From Octopus bimaculoides (taxonomy: Eukaryota): a stretch of DNA of 37,710 nucleotides. The stretch's first letter is position 1; each line of letters begins with the position of its first letter. The DNA lies in contig NC_068990.1 of assembly GCF_001194135.2 (NCBI RefSeq), forward strand, positions 9,765,396-9,803,105. Reading direction: 5' to 3'. Below, piece after piece: positions 37,463 through 37,710 of the stretch. The translations under genes were made by a program, and so were the position numbers. The notes beneath the pieces are model-generated. The model worked only from the letters and a program-made list of their open reading frames with translations, ran no database searches and had not been told where the DNA came from.

Positions 37463-37710
37463 TAATAATTAATAATTAATAATAATAATTAATAATAATT
37501 AATGATAAATGATGATAAATGATGATAATTAATGATAATTGATGATAATTGATGATGATTGATGATGATTGATGAGGATTGATGATCATTGATGATGATG
37601 ATGATTGATGATGATGATCGATGATGATGATTGATGATTGATGATGATTGATGATCATTGATGATGATTGATGATGATTGATGATGATTGATGATGATTG
37701 ATGATTTGTG
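37463..37710. repeat. Simple repeat grading from (AAT)n to GATGATT / GATGATGATT units
   Basis: Directly visible; runs to the window end. Confidence 0.92.

Overview
AT-rich eukaryotic DNA, intronic or intergenic, from a gapped short-read assembly: 13 N-runs, most of them abutting simple repeats or poly-T. The tRNA-headed SINE families, microsatellite density and transposon fossils point to an octopus (coleoid cephalopod) genome; this is inferred from recalled repeat consensus sequences, not a database search. There is no intact gene. The window holds microsatellites, three SINE families, and decayed fragments of an R4/Dong-type non-LTR element, Penelope-like elements, a Helitron helicase split by a hAT MITE (TIRs plus 8-bp TSD), two mariner remnants and an internally deleted DD37D (maT) element. 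A few candidate exons on both strands are low confidence. The most notable signal is a complete minimal type I hammerhead ribozyme on the minus strand (7051-7096). It sits in a ~230-bp non-coding element that also carries a perfect 11-bp antisense copy of the catalytic-core segment, resembling a retrozyme or Penelope-associated self-cleaving element. Also notable is a 173/174-bp, ~95% identical direct duplication flanking a mariner fossil and containing a 26/27-nt microexon-like unit. Most long ORFs in the track are artefacts of N-gaps and microsatellites.
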